Of a DNA stretch of 64,000 bases, positions 42,695 to 53,231 are shown piece after piece (the stretch's first letter is position 1; the number at the start of each line of letters is the position of its first letter). The DNA lies in the NCBI GenBank assembly GCA_963760795.1, contig CAVXEP010000019.1, forward strand, positions 96,001 to 160,000, read 5' to 3'. The position numbers were made by a program, and so were the translations under genes. Source of the stretch: an uncultured delta proteobacterium. GTDB lineage: Bacteria; Desulfobacterota; Binatia; UBA9968. The notes beneath the pieces are model-generated. The model searched no databases. It was not told where the DNA came from and worked only from the letters and a program-made list of their open reading frames with translations.

Positions 42695-43736
42695 ATGGAT
42701 CTCAAAGAATTCGATTACCGGTTGCCCGAGTCGTTGATCGCGGCGTTTCCCAGCCGGGAGCGCACGGGCTCTCGGTTGTTAGTCATACGCCGCGCCACCG
42801 GCGAAATCATTCATAGCGTGTTTGCCGAGCTTGGCAGCTTTCTCGATGCCGGCGATCTTCTGGTGCTCAACGACGCCAAGGTCTTTCCGGCGCGTTTGCT
42901 GTGGGACGAAGGACAGCGGCGGTAAAGTCGAAGTTCTCCTGATTGAGCGCTTTCCCGACGACGGCCGGACCTTATGGATCGCCATGGCCGACGCCGCCAA
43001 GAAGCCGCAGGTGGGGAGTCTGTTGCGCTTCGGCGCCAACATGACGGCCGAGGTGATTGGCGATCTCGGGCGCGGCCGTTATGGTTTGGAATTTCATCAC
43101 GATGGCGAGTTCGACGAGCAGTTGGAAGCCCTCGGCGAACCGCCGTTGCCGCCCTACGTGCGACGCACGCGCGATTCGGAATCCCTCGATCGCGAGCGCT
43201 ATCAAACTGTTTACGCGGCCCAACCCGGTGCCATCGCCGCGCCCACGGCGGGATTTCATTTCACCCCGGAGCTACTGGCCGAGCTTGGCGCCCAGGGCAT
43301 CGATCACACCTTGTTGACCCTGCATGTCGGGCCGGGTACTTTTCAGCCGGTGCGCGCGGCGGAAATTGAAAATCACCGCATGGAAGGGGAGCGCTACTCG
43401 CTCAGCGCGGCCAGCGCGGAAAAAATCAATCGCACTAAGCTGACCGGCAAAAGAGTTGTCGCCGTCGGCTCCACCAGCACGCGCACGTTGGAATGGATCG
43501 CTTTGCAGAAGGGCGAGCTGGTCGCCGACGAGGGCATCGCCAGGCTGTACCTGCGCCCGGGCGACAAGTTTCGCGTGCTCGACGCCCTGATCACCAACTT
43601 TCACCTGCCCGGTTCGACACCGCTGATTCTCGTCGCCGCGTTCGCCGGTCTCGACCTGGTAAGGCGCGCTTATCGCGAAGCGATCGAGCGACAGTATCGA
43701 TTTTACAGTTACGGCGACGCAATGCTCATCTTATGA
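42695..43736 (+). CDS. queA: S-adenosylmethionine:tRNA ribosyltransferase-isomerase, frameshift near 42902
   Basis: FDYRLPESLIA, PLPPY, RYQTVYA, AAPTAG, TNFHLP, YRFYSYGDAM. Confidence 0.95.
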
Positions 43737-43856
43737 AATTTTGGATTTTCGTCTGCGGGGCCGCTTTTCGATTTTGGATTGTCGGATATCGGACTCAATG
43801 TCGCAAGAATTGCTGCGATGGCGATTCAGCCAATCCACCAATCCAAAATCCAAAAT
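43737..43856. repeat. AATCCAA/TTGGATT heptamer inverted element between queA and tgt
   Basis: ttttggattttc...ttttggatt ... aatccaccaatccaaaatccaaaat. Confidence 0.75.
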
Positions 43857-43862
43857 AGGTTG

Positions 43863-44972
43863 ATGGGCAATCATTTCACACTAATCAAGAATGACACGAG
43901 CACCAAGGCCCGCCTCGGTCGCCTAACCACGCCGCATGGGGTGGTCGAAACGCCTTGCTTCATGCCGGTGGGGACGCAGGGCACGGTCAAGGCGGTGTTG
44001 CCGCGGGATTTGCATGAGTTGGGGTGTCAGATCCTGCTCGGCAATACGTACCATCTGTATTTGCGTCCCGGTCATGAGCGGATTCGCCAGTTGGGCGGGC
44101 TGCATCGCTTCATGAACTGGCCGGGGCCGATCTTGACCGATAGCGGCGGCTATCAGGTGTTCAGCCTCGGCGCCATGCGCAAGATCACCGAGGATGGCGC
44201 GCGCTTTCAATCGCATATCGACGGCTCGTCCCATCTGCTGACGCCGGAAAAGGCGGTGGAGATTCAGGAAGCTTTGGGCAGCGACATTGCGATGGTGTTG
44301 GACGAGTGCATCCCGCACGACGCGGCACGCAGCTATGTGCGCGAGTCGACGGAGCGGACGATCCGCTGGGCCGAGCGTTGTTTGAATGCGCGCCATCGGC
44401 CGGCGCAGTTGATGTTCGCCATCGTTCAGGGCGGCATGTTCGAAGACCTGCGGCGCGCTTGCGTCGACGCGCTGTCGGTGATGGCATTCGACGGCTTTGC
44501 CGTCGGCGGCCTCGGTGTCGGCGAGGGTGAAGAAAAGCTCAATACCGTCGGCGCGTTCACGGTAGACTTATTGCCCGAGGATAAACCGCGTTACTTGATG
44601 GGCGTCGGCCGGCCGCAGGATATCATTCACGCCGTGCGCGCCGGCTTCGATATGTTCGATTGCGTGATCCCGACCCGCAACGGCCGCAACGGCACGTTGT
44701 TTACCTGGCAAGGCAAAGTCAGCATCAAACGCGCCGAGTTTGCCGACGATGCGCGGCCGCTGGACGAGAACTGCGGCTGTTATAGCTGCGCCAACTTCTC
44801 GCGCGCCTACCTGCGCCATCTGTTCATGGCCGGCGAGATCCTCTCGGCGCAGCTAAATTCGCTGCACAATCTTTACTTTTACCATCGCCTCATGGATAAG
44901 TGTCGGGAAGCGATTCGCGACGGGCGCCCGGAGCTATGGGCCGAGCTCGTCAAGTTCGCCGAAGCTTCATAA
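43863..44972 (+). CDS. tgt: tRNA-guanine transglycosylase (bacterial preQ1 type)
   Basis: FMPVGT, NTYHL, DSGGYQ, LDEC, GGLGVGE, FDCVIPTR, zinc site CGCYSC. Confidence 0.96.
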   Translation: MGNHFTLIKNDTSTKARLGRLTTPHGVVETPCFMPVGTQGTVKAVLPRDLHELGCQILLGNTYHLYLRPGHERIRQLGGLHRFMNWPGPILTDSGGYQVFSLGAMRKITEDGARFQSHIDGSSHLLTPEKAVEIQEALGSDIAMVLDECIPHDAARSYVRESTERTIRWAERCLNARHRPAQLMFAIVQGGMFEDLRRACVDALSVMAFDGFAVGGLGVGEGEEKLNTVGAFTVDLLPEDKPRYLMGVGRPQDIIHAVRAGFDMFDCVIPTRNGRNGTLFTWQGKVSIKRAEFADDARPLDENCGCYSCANFSRAYLRHLFMAGEILSAQLNSLHNLYFYHRLMDKCREAIRDGRPELWAELVKFAEAS

Positions 44973-44993
44973 GAAAACCCTTGAGGAGGAATT

Positions 44994-45329
44994 ATGGTCG
45001 ATTTTGCTTACGCCCAGGCGGCGCCGGGCGCTGCCGGACCGGGACCGTTGATGACGATATTCCCGTTCATCATTATTCTCGTCATCATGTATTTCATGGT
45101 GTTTCGGCCGCAGCAGAAGAAGCAGAAAGAGCACCAGGAGATGCTCAATAAGATAAAAAGAAACGACGAGGTGATGACCTCCGGGGGAATTTACGGTAAG
45201 GTGACCGAAATCAAAGATCAGGTGGTGACCCTCGAAGTTGCGCCGAACGTGCGTATCCGCGTGAATCGTCCGCAGATCTCTGCCGTTATTACCGCCGACA
45301 AGGCATCAGCCAAAGACGGAAAGGATTAA
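44994..45329 (+). CDS. yajC: Preprotein translocase subunit YajC
   Basis: YFMVFRPQQK, DEVMTSGGIYG; synteny. Confidence 0.95.
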   Translation: MVDFAYAQAAPGAAGPGPLMTIFPFIIILVIMYFMVFRPQQKKQKEHQEMLNKIKRNDEVMTSGGIYGKVTEIKDQVVTLEVAPNVRIRVNRPQISAVITADKASAKDGKD

Positions 45330-45333
45330 TCGA

Positions 45334-46963
45334 ATGCGACGGGGTGTTCTTACCCGAGTGATTATTTTCTCGGTTCTGGCTCTGTTGTCGGTGCTCTTTC
45401 TCGCGCCTAACTTTCTCGGCAAAAAAGATAGTACCGGCAAGACCGAAATGCCCAACTGGTGGCCTGATTTCTTGCCGTCGGATGCGATTCATCTCGGCCT
45501 CGATCTGCAAGGCGGCAGCCATCTGGTGCTCGAAGTGAAGCTCGACAAAGCGATCGAGAATCACATGGAGCGTTTGAAGAGCGATCTCACCAACAGTATT
45601 CGCGACAAGGGAATTTCGGGGGTATCGGTGGAGCGCGTCGAAGGCACGCAGCTGCAAATCAAGGCGGCGACCGCGAGCGTCGACCGCGTGCGCAGCATCC
45701 TCAAAGCCGATTTCGCTAACTTGTCCGAGGCCAAGACGCCGCAGACGAGCGCCACCGGGACCGATTTCTTCATGACGCTCAACCGTGAAGAGAGCTCGCG
45801 CGTTGCGCGATTATATCGTCGATCAATCGCTCGAAACCATCCGCAACCGCATCGACCAGTTCGGCGTCAGCGAGCCGGTGATTCAGCGCCAGGGGCTCAA
45901 CAATATTCTCGTCCAACTTCCCGGCATACAAGATCCGCAGCGGGCCAAGGATATCATCGGCAAGACCGCGCTTTTGGAGTTCAAGTTGGTCGACGACAAC
46001 GTCAATCCGGAAGATGCGGTGAAGAGCGGCGCGCCGCCAGGGCGGCAGGTGCTCTTCGGCCAGGTCGGTAAAGGCCTCGCCGGTGCAAGCCCGGCAAAAG
46101 TTCCCTATGTCCTGGAAGCGCGCACGCTGATGACCGGCGAATATATCAAAGACGCGCGGGTGCGTCCCGGCGAGCAGCTGCAAGGCCCCTATGTCGAACT
46201 CATTCTCAACGACCAGGGCGGGCGGCTATTCGAACAGATCACCGCGGCTAACGTGAAGCGGCGCATGGCCATCGTGCTCGACAACAATGTCTACTCGGCG
46301 CCGGTGATCCAGGAGCGCATCGGCGGCGGCCGGGCCTCGATCACCGGCAGCTTCGACATCAAGGAAGCGCGCGATCTATCGATCGTTCTGCGCGCCGGCG
46401 CGCTGCCGGCGCCGGTGGAGATCGTCGAAGAACGCACGGTCGGGCCTTCGTTGGGGCGCGACTCGATCACTCAGGGCCTGACTTCGTTTGTCGTTGGCGG
46501 CGCGTTGGTGGTCCTGTTCATGATCGCTTACTACAAGGGCGCCGGCTTGGTCGCTGACGTGGCGCTGGTCTTCAACGTCTTGTTCATGGTTGCCATCCTC
46601 GCCGGTTTCCAAGCGGTATTGACGCTCCCGGGCATCGCTGGAATTGTCTTGACCCTCGGCATGGCTGTGGATGCCAACGTGCTCATCAACGAACGCATAC
46701 GCGAGGAGATACGCGCCGGCCGAGCGGTACGCTCGGCCATCGAGGCGGGCTATCAAAACGCCTTGCCGGCGATCTTGGACTCCAACATTACGACGTTTCT
46801 TTCGGGTGTGATTCTCTTTCAGTTCGGCACCGGGCCGATCAAAGGTTTCGCCGTGACGCTTTGCGTCGGCATCTTGACCACGGTGATCACGGCGGTTTAT
46901 TTGACTCGTATCTATTACGACTATCGCATCGGCGCGCGCCGGCTGGAGCGCATCAGCATCTAA
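45334..46963 (+). CDS. secD: Protein translocase subunit SecD, frameshift near 45790
   Basis: LGLDLQGG, RIDQFGVSEP, LRAGALPAP, VGPSLG, GMAVDANVLINERIREE. Confidence 0.95.
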
Positions 46964-46971
46964 GGGAAGCA

Positions 46972-47896
46972 ATGGAAATCATCAAGCCTGGCAGTAAGAT
47001 TCCGTTTACTCGTTATCGCAAAATCGCTCTGATCGCTTCGACGACCGTCAACCTGGCGGTGCTGGCCTTTCTCTTCTTCAAGGGGCCGAATCTGGGCGTC
47101 GACTTCGCCGGCGGCACGATGGTGCAGTTGAAGTTTCAACAGAGGACGACGATCCCGGATATCCGCCAAGCCTTGGAGACGATCGATCTCGGCGGCAGCA
47201 CGATTCAAGAATTTGGCCAGGAAGGCGCCTTCGAATTTCTCGTCCGCGTGGAAAAGGTCGGGGTCGAGGTCGCCGCGCTGGGCGATCAGATGAAAAAGGC
47301 GCTAACGGCAAAGTTCGGCGCCGATAAAGTTCGAGATCCGCCGGGTCGAATTCGTCGGCCCGAAGATCGGCGAGGATCTGCGCTGGCGCGGCACGCTTTC
47401 GGTGATCGCCTCGACGGCCATGATGGGCGTGTATATCTGGATTCGCTTCGCCTCGGCGTTCGGTGCGAAGTTCGGTCTGCATTTCGGTCTGGGCGCGGTG
47501 ATCGCCTTGATCCATGACGTGTTGGTGACCGTCGGCGCCTTGATGCTGGCCAACTACGAATTCGATTTGACCGTGGTCGCGGCGTTGCTGACCATCGTCG
47601 GTTTCTCGGTCAACGATACGGTGGTTATCTGCGATCGTATCCGCGAGAACTTGCGCAAGATCCGGCGCGAAAGTTTGGAAAGTATCATCAATACCAGCTT
47701 AAACGAGACTCTGAGCCGGACGATACTGACCACCGGTACGGCTTTATTAGTCTTGTTGGCGCTCTACCTGCTCGGCGGCGCGGTGATCCGGCCCTTCGCT
47801 TTTGCGCTATTGGTGGGCTTTATCTCCGGCGTGTATTCGACAATTTTCATCGCCAGCCCGGTCATTCTTTTGTGGGAGAAGTCGTTTAGGAGATAG
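46972..47896 (+). CDS. secF: Protein translocase subunit SecF, frameshift near 47330
   Basis: GVDFAGGT, HDV, GFSVNDTVVICDRIRE, YSTIFIA. Confidence 0.95.
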
Positions 47897-47924
47897 CAGC
47901 AACCAAGGAAGATAAAGATAGTTT

Positions 47925-48051
47925 TCACCACGAAGACATGGTCGACAGACTCACCACAGTCTCCGGTCACGACAGGTTTCGGAAAATTTGTTCCGAACTT
48001 CGTGACTCTCTTCGACTTTGCTCAGGACATGCTTCGTGTCCTTCGTGGTGA
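47925..48051. repeat. CACGAAG-type inverted element with a nested cttcgac..ctcagga insert
   Basis: tcaccacgaag ... cttcgtgtccttcgtggtga; inner cttcgactttgctcaggac. Confidence 0.72.
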
Positions 48052-48083
48052 GATGGGATTTTTCATCGTACTCGTAACCTTCC

Positions 48084-49807
48084 ATGCCGCATGATCTTGC
48101 CAAGCGTTGGCGCTTGAAACCGAGCGATGAAGCGACGGTCAAGCGCTTCGCCGAAGAACTCAAGCTTTCGCCGCTGATCGCGCGCATCCTGACCTTGCGC
48201 GGCTTTACCGACAACGACGCGACCCGCTGCTACCTGTCATCGAGTTTACGTTCGGATTTGCCGTCGCCCTTCGAGATGGCGGATATGGACGCGGCGGTGG
48301 ATCGCATCGTCGCCGCCGTGACAAGCGATGAACAGATCGGCATCTGGGGCGATTACGATGTCGACGGCACCACCGGGGCGTCGGTGCTGGTGTCGTTTTT
48401 GCGCGAGATCGGCGCTAAGCCGTTCTACCATGTGCCCCATCGCATCGAAGAGGGTTACGGTCTCAACGTCGAAGGCTTAAAAGCGCTCAAGGATCGCGGC
48501 GCCGGCCTGGTGATCACCGTCGACTGTGGCATTTCCAACGCCAAAGAAGTTGCCGCCGCCAATGGCTTCGGCCTCGATCTCGTCGTCGTCGATCATCATC
48601 AACCGCCGGAAGAGCTGCCGCCGGCGGTGGCGGTGGTGAATCCGCACCGCAAGGATTGCCGTTTCCCCGACAAAGGCATGTGCGCCGCCGGCTTGGCTTT
48701 CTACCTGGTCATTGGCCTGCGCGCCAAGTTGCGCGAAGCGGGCTGGTTCAAGCACGGCGCCGCTCCCGATATTCGCCATTTCCTCGACATCGTCACACTC
48801 GGCACCATCGCCGACATGGTGCCGCTCAGGGGCGTCAACCGGACGTTGATCAAGCGCGGGCTCACCGAGTTGGGGATTTCTTCGCGGCCCGGCGTGGTCG
48901 CGCTTAAAAAAGTCGCCGGGATTCCTGACGGCGATGTCACCGCCGGGCAGGTAGGCTTTCGCTTGGGGCCGCGCATCAATGCCGCGGGGAGGGTGGATTA
49001 CGGCATCAAAGTCGTCGAGCTGCTTACTACCGATTCCGCTGAAATCGCCCAGCGCATCGCTCAAGAGTTGGAGGAGCATAACCTCGAACGGCGCGCCATC
49101 GAAGCGGAAGTACAGCAGCATGCCCTGGCGCAGGCCGAAGCGGCGGTTGCCGCCGGTAACCGCCACTCGCTGGTCTTGGCCGGCGAAGGCTGGCATCCCG
49201 GCGTGCTCGGCATCGTCGCGTCGCGGGTGGTCGAGCGCTTCTATCGCCCGACGGTGGTGATCGGATTCAATGACGGCGTCGGCAAGGGCTCGGCGCGCAG
49301 CATCCGCGGCTTTCATATGGTCGAGGCGTTTCACGCCTGCGCCGATCATTTAGATAAATTCGGCGGTCATGAGTTCGCCGGCGGCTTGTCGATCCGGCCG
49401 GAGCAGTTGGCGCCGTTCGCCGAAGCTTTCGAGCAGGCGGCGCGCCGAACTCTCTCCGCCGAACAACTGTCGCCGCTGTTGGAGATCGATGCGCAGTTGG
49501 ATTTCTCGCAGTTAACTTTGCCGTTGATGCGCGAACTGGAAGTCATGCAGCCCTTTGGCGTCGGCAATCCGGAGCCGGTGTTCACCACCGTTAACGCGGA
49601 AATTTGCGAGCGCAAAGTGTTTTCCGCCGGCGTGCGCTTCCGGTTGCGCCAGGCGGGCAAAGTGGTCAGCGGCGTGATTTTCGGCGTCGGCGATGAATAC
49701 CCCGGACAGCCCGGCGAGAGCATCGACGTGGCTTATCGTTGGCGGAAAACGAATGGAATGGCACCAGCGTGGAGTTGAAGATCGCCGATATGCGGTTGGC
49801 GAAATAG
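48084..49807 (+). CDS. recJ: ssDNA exonuclease RecJ (3' end frameshifted near 49740)
   Basis: GDYDVDG, TVDCG, DHH, GTIAD, PRINAAGR, GSARS, GGH. Confidence 0.95.
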
Positions 49808-49829
49808 GCGATAGTGGCGAAGGCGGTGA

Positions 49830-50101
49830 ATGAAAATGTTTAACGCGATCATGATCAGCACATGTTTAATGCTGCATTCGTCCAAGTGGCGTTCGCCGCC
49901 GAGCCTGGCGGCAAGCCGGAAAAGCGGACGTCGTGGTCACCTACGCGCAGCCGAGCGGCGCGTTTACGCCGATCTGGGTGGCCTATGAAGCGGGGCTGTT
50001 CAAGAAGTATGAAAAAGAATTTCCCAAAGTGAAAAACGCCGATCCCAAAGAGTTCTGACGATAATTCTTTCGTCGACGCCTTGACCAAGTCAGGCTTCTG
50101 A
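49830..50101 (+). pseudogene. Internally deleted NMT1/SsuA-like substrate-binding protein
   Basis: N-terminal TYAQPSGAFTPIWVAYEAGLFKKY joined directly to C-terminal PKVKNADPKEF..DNSFVDALTKSGF. Confidence 0.7.
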
Positions 50102-50164
50102 AAAATCTGCGGCATGAAGTAGCCCGGACGCCAACTGCCGAACCGACAACGGGGAAGTCCAACC

Positions 50165-50868
50165 ATGGGAATTCAAAGCCGCAGGGATATCGTTTATCTG
50201 GCGCTGGCCGGCTTCTTCGTCACCAATGCGATCCTCGGCGAACTGACCGGCGGCAAGCTCTTTACCTTCGGTCCGTTTACCTTGAGCATCGGCGTGATTC
50301 CCTGGCCGGTGGTGTTCATCGCCACCGATTTGATCAACGAATACTTTGGCCGGGAAGGGGTAAGGCGGCTGACGTTCATGACCATCGGACTGATCGTTTA
50401 CGCTTTCGTCGTCTTGTTTCTCGCCATGCAGGTTCCCGCGGCGTCCTTCTCTCCCGGTGACCGACGCGCAGTTCCAGGCTGTGTTCGGCCAGTCGCTGTG
50501 GATTATTGTCGGCAGCGTCATCGCCTTCGCGTGAGCCAACTGGTCGATGTCTTCATTTTCTGGCTGGTGCGCCACAAGACCGGCGGCAGATATCTGTGGA
50601 TGCGCGCTACGGGCTCGACTGTAGTCTCGCAGCTGATCGACAGCATCGTCATCATCGGCATCGCCTTTTGGCTGCCGGGCAAGAGTGCAAGACCGCGGAA
50701 TTCCTCACGGTGGCGGCATCGAACTATTCCTTCAAACTGATCGTCGCGCTCAGCGTCACGCCGCTGCTCTACGCCGGCCACGCCGCCATCGATCGCTACT
50801 TGGGCAAGGAAGAGGCGCATCAGTTGATCGAGCAGTCGGCTAAGGTGAGTGAAGAAGGAGTGCTGTAA
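50165..50868 (+). CDS. yhhQ: Queuosine precursor transporter (YhhQ/Vut_1), frameshifted
   Basis: PVVFIATDLINEYFG, SQLVDV, WMRATGSTVVSQLIDS. Confidence 0.85.
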
Positions 50869-51188
50869 CGCGCATCGTGGCCGCTTGGTTGGTCGACTTT
50901 GGCGAAGTATAATTCGGACTTGATCCAATCGAAAAGGCAGCGCGGACATTCCTGTCCGCGTTGTTGGTCCGGACGAGAACCTTGAGTGTCTCGCCGGTGA
51001 ACCTTGAACCGGCGCTCTTGCCTGCCGCCATTTTTATCCGCATCTATTCTTTCCCAGCACGCCGAGATCCGGACTTTTATTCTTTTCAAAGTTGTCCAAT
51101 ATTGGACAGCAATCTGTTCCAAGCCAGGTTACGTTAAACAGGATGGGTTGAAAAACCTATGGGATTTTCGAGATCTGTAATGGCGCGC

Positions 51189-51285
51189 AAGAGGTAGAAG
51201 ACCGGGCCACCTAGACAGCGGTGACACGGACTTCGGTTCCGGTTCGACGGCGAATGTATTTCCCCGGTTCTGCCCCCTTCCTCTT
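51189..51285 (+). ncRNA. Candidate structured RNA (rod-like hairpin with cUUCGg loop), family unknown
   Basis: aagagg/cctctt, accggg/cccggt and cggac-TTCG-gttccg nested pairings. Confidence 0.4.
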
Positions 51286-51325
51286 CCAAGATTCACAGGC
51301 CATCGGAGCCTGAGATGGAGAGTTT

Positions 51326-51943
51326 ATGCATCCTATAATATTGGTCGCCATTCCCTTGGGGTTGGTGATTCTGGGTATGATACTGAACAGCATGGACCTC
51401 GGCTTCAGTCAACCGCCGAGTTCGACGGAACAAGATCCGGTCAAGAAACTCACGGCGGAAAAGGAGTCTTACCGCAAATTCTTCGATCTCCAGAGAAGCC
51501 GGTCGGTGACGCGCCAGAAACGGGTCGGCCAGTATGGCTGGTTGGTGATGGTTGCCTTTATCGGCGCCTTCATCTGGCTCTACGCCGATACCGTGAACAA
51601 GACGAGCCTTTCGACGCGCATCGCCGGGCTGCAAACATTGGCCACCGAAGAGGGCAAACAGATGGTGCTCTCGGTGACCCTAAGCGACGGCAACAATGTC
51701 AAATACCTGATCAAACTGCCCGAGGCCGGCAAAGCACAGGTCGCCACGGGAGAAGCGGTTAAGTTAGAAAAGGTCTCATCGTGGGAGATCGAAAGATTGG
51801 GCACGGCACTCAGCACCGGCGATAATCCCTTGACGCTCGGCGTCGCGCTGAAGCTTTCCCAGCTCGCCGTCGATCCAAATAGCCGCGAGATTTCCCCAGT
51901 CCCCAAATCAGACCTGAGGCGCGCCCGATCGCGCCTCAGGTGA
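51326..51943 (+). CDS. Hypothetical membrane protein (two hydrophobic segments)
   Basis: 205-aa ORF, GGAG RBS. Confidence 0.7.
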   Translation: MHPIILVAIPLGLVILGMILNSMDLGFSQPPSSTEQDPVKKLTAEKESYRKFFDLQRSRSVTRQKRVGQYGWLVMVAFIGAFIWLYADTVNKTSLSTRIAGLQTLATEEGKQMVLSVTLSDGNNVKYLIKLPEAGKAQVATGEAVKLEKVSSWEIERLGTALSTGDNPLTLGVALKLSQLAVDPNSREISPVPKSDLRRARSRLR

Positions 51944-52003
51944 TTGCCATTTATTCTACGTTCCGAAATTCCGGAAAGTTATATTTCCCCTCCGAATCCG
52001 TCG

Positions 52004-52033
52004 TTGAACTTTTGAACCGTTGAACCTTTGAAC
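52004..52033. repeat. TTGAAC octamer tandem array
   Basis: TTGAAC at 52004, 52012, 52020, 52028. Confidence 0.75.
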
Positions 52034-52418
52034 GGGCCGGTCTTTAAATGTTTTGAGCGAAGTGCAGTGATTGAACGTCTGCAACGAAAACAATCGCCTC
52101 GACCCCACGCAACTCATTCCCCGATCCGTCTACAGACCAGCTCTTTTTTATTGAAAAGCCGACGATGCGTGTGTTAGAAGCAGTCCGTGCCGCGAATTAT
52201 TGCTGCAAAACAAAATACCGTGCTCGTGATCGTAACTGCTCAATCGTTCGTGAATGATTGAATCGGCAAAGACCATTCGGAACAGCCTAGCTTTATTATC
52301 GCCAAGAAAGCCTCTTGGGGCCAGGTTTAGTATTGATTCCAATCAGCTAGAGGGACGGTAGGCCTATCGATTGTTTTAATTGCATCCCACAGAAATATGC
52401 CAGGTTTAGGAGCAATGC

Positions 52419-53174
52419 GTGAATCTTATGACCGGCTCGAAAAAGGAAAACATAGACCTCATCGCGACAAAATGCCGACGGCTCGTCAAATATCTCGAAG
52501 CAAAAAATAACATCTTGCTGCTCACTACGAGCACTCGGTACAAGGAGCATCCCTGGGATATCCCAAAGACTACCGAACTCGCGCTTCGAATCAAAAAGCA
52601 TTTGAAGCCAAAAGGAAAGCATGTAACCGTGCTCGACGTTGCCAATCTCAGAATACATACCTGCGAAGGAAATATTAGCGCAAAGCGTGGCAACAATTGC
52701 GGCGTGCTCGAAGCGAAGCTGCGCGACAATGGGAAGAACCCGACGGGCCAGCATCGGTGCTGGGCCTCTATCAATAACAAGGATGACCAACTCTATAAGA
52801 TCAGCCGCGAATTATTCAAATCGCAAGCGGTGGTCTTTTTCGTCTCCGTCCGATGGGGCCAAACGAACAGCGTGTATCAGCGCCTCTTCGAACGCCTTAG
52901 CTGGATCGAGAACAGAGTTACCTCACTTGGAGAAAAGCCGATACCCCAGTTAAAGAAGCTCGAAGCCGGCATCGTCCTGTTCGGTCACAACTGGAACGAC
53001 GAACAAGTTCTGAAGACTCAGAAACAGAACTTCGAATGGTTCGGATGGAAAACCCCCGAGGCGCTTAGCTTCAACTGGCAATACACCAATGATGCGGATG
53101 AGGAATCTCCCGAGTCCTACAGTGATGCTGTTGCGGAATTCGGAGTGCTGCTACAGTTAGCGCTCCCACGCTAA
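52419..53174 (+). CDS. Flavodoxin-fold NAD(P)H-dependent FMN reductase / iron-sulfur flavoprotein-like
   Basis: LLLTTSTR, KTTELA, IHTCEG, VVFFVSVRWG, LFERL; lower GC. Confidence 0.7.
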   Translation: MNLMTGSKKENIDLIATKCRRLVKYLEAKNNILLLTTSTRYKEHPWDIPKTTELALRIKKHLKPKGKHVTVLDVANLRIHTCEGNISAKRGNNCGVLEAKLRDNGKNPTGQHRCWASINNKDDQLYKISRELFKSQAVVFFVSVRWGQTNSVYQRLFERLSWIENRVTSLGEKPIPQLKKLEAGIVLFGHNWNDEQVLKTQKQNFEWFGWKTPEALSFNWQYTNDADEESPESYSDAVAEFGVLLQLALPR

Positions 53175-53231
53175 TCCACTAGGCGGGGCGCGGAACGAAT
53201 CGAAGAGTAGCCTGATTTTTTGGAGGTAAAC

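Noticed and set aside
42695-49807. Programmed frameshifting or true pseudogenes in queA, secD, secF, recJ
   Set aside because: Shifts are scattered across the window without a consistent slippery motif; sequencing error is simpler.
50102-50164. preQ1 riboswitch upstream of yhhQ
   Set aside because: No preQ1-I stem-loop with an A-rich tail is visible.
51189-51285. HDV-like ribozyme, tRNA, SRP RNA or 6S RNA
   Set aside because: GGCGAATG and GGTTCGA are present, but I found no P1/P2 pseudoknot partners, cloverleaf, SRP GGAA domain or recognisable 6S motifs or context.
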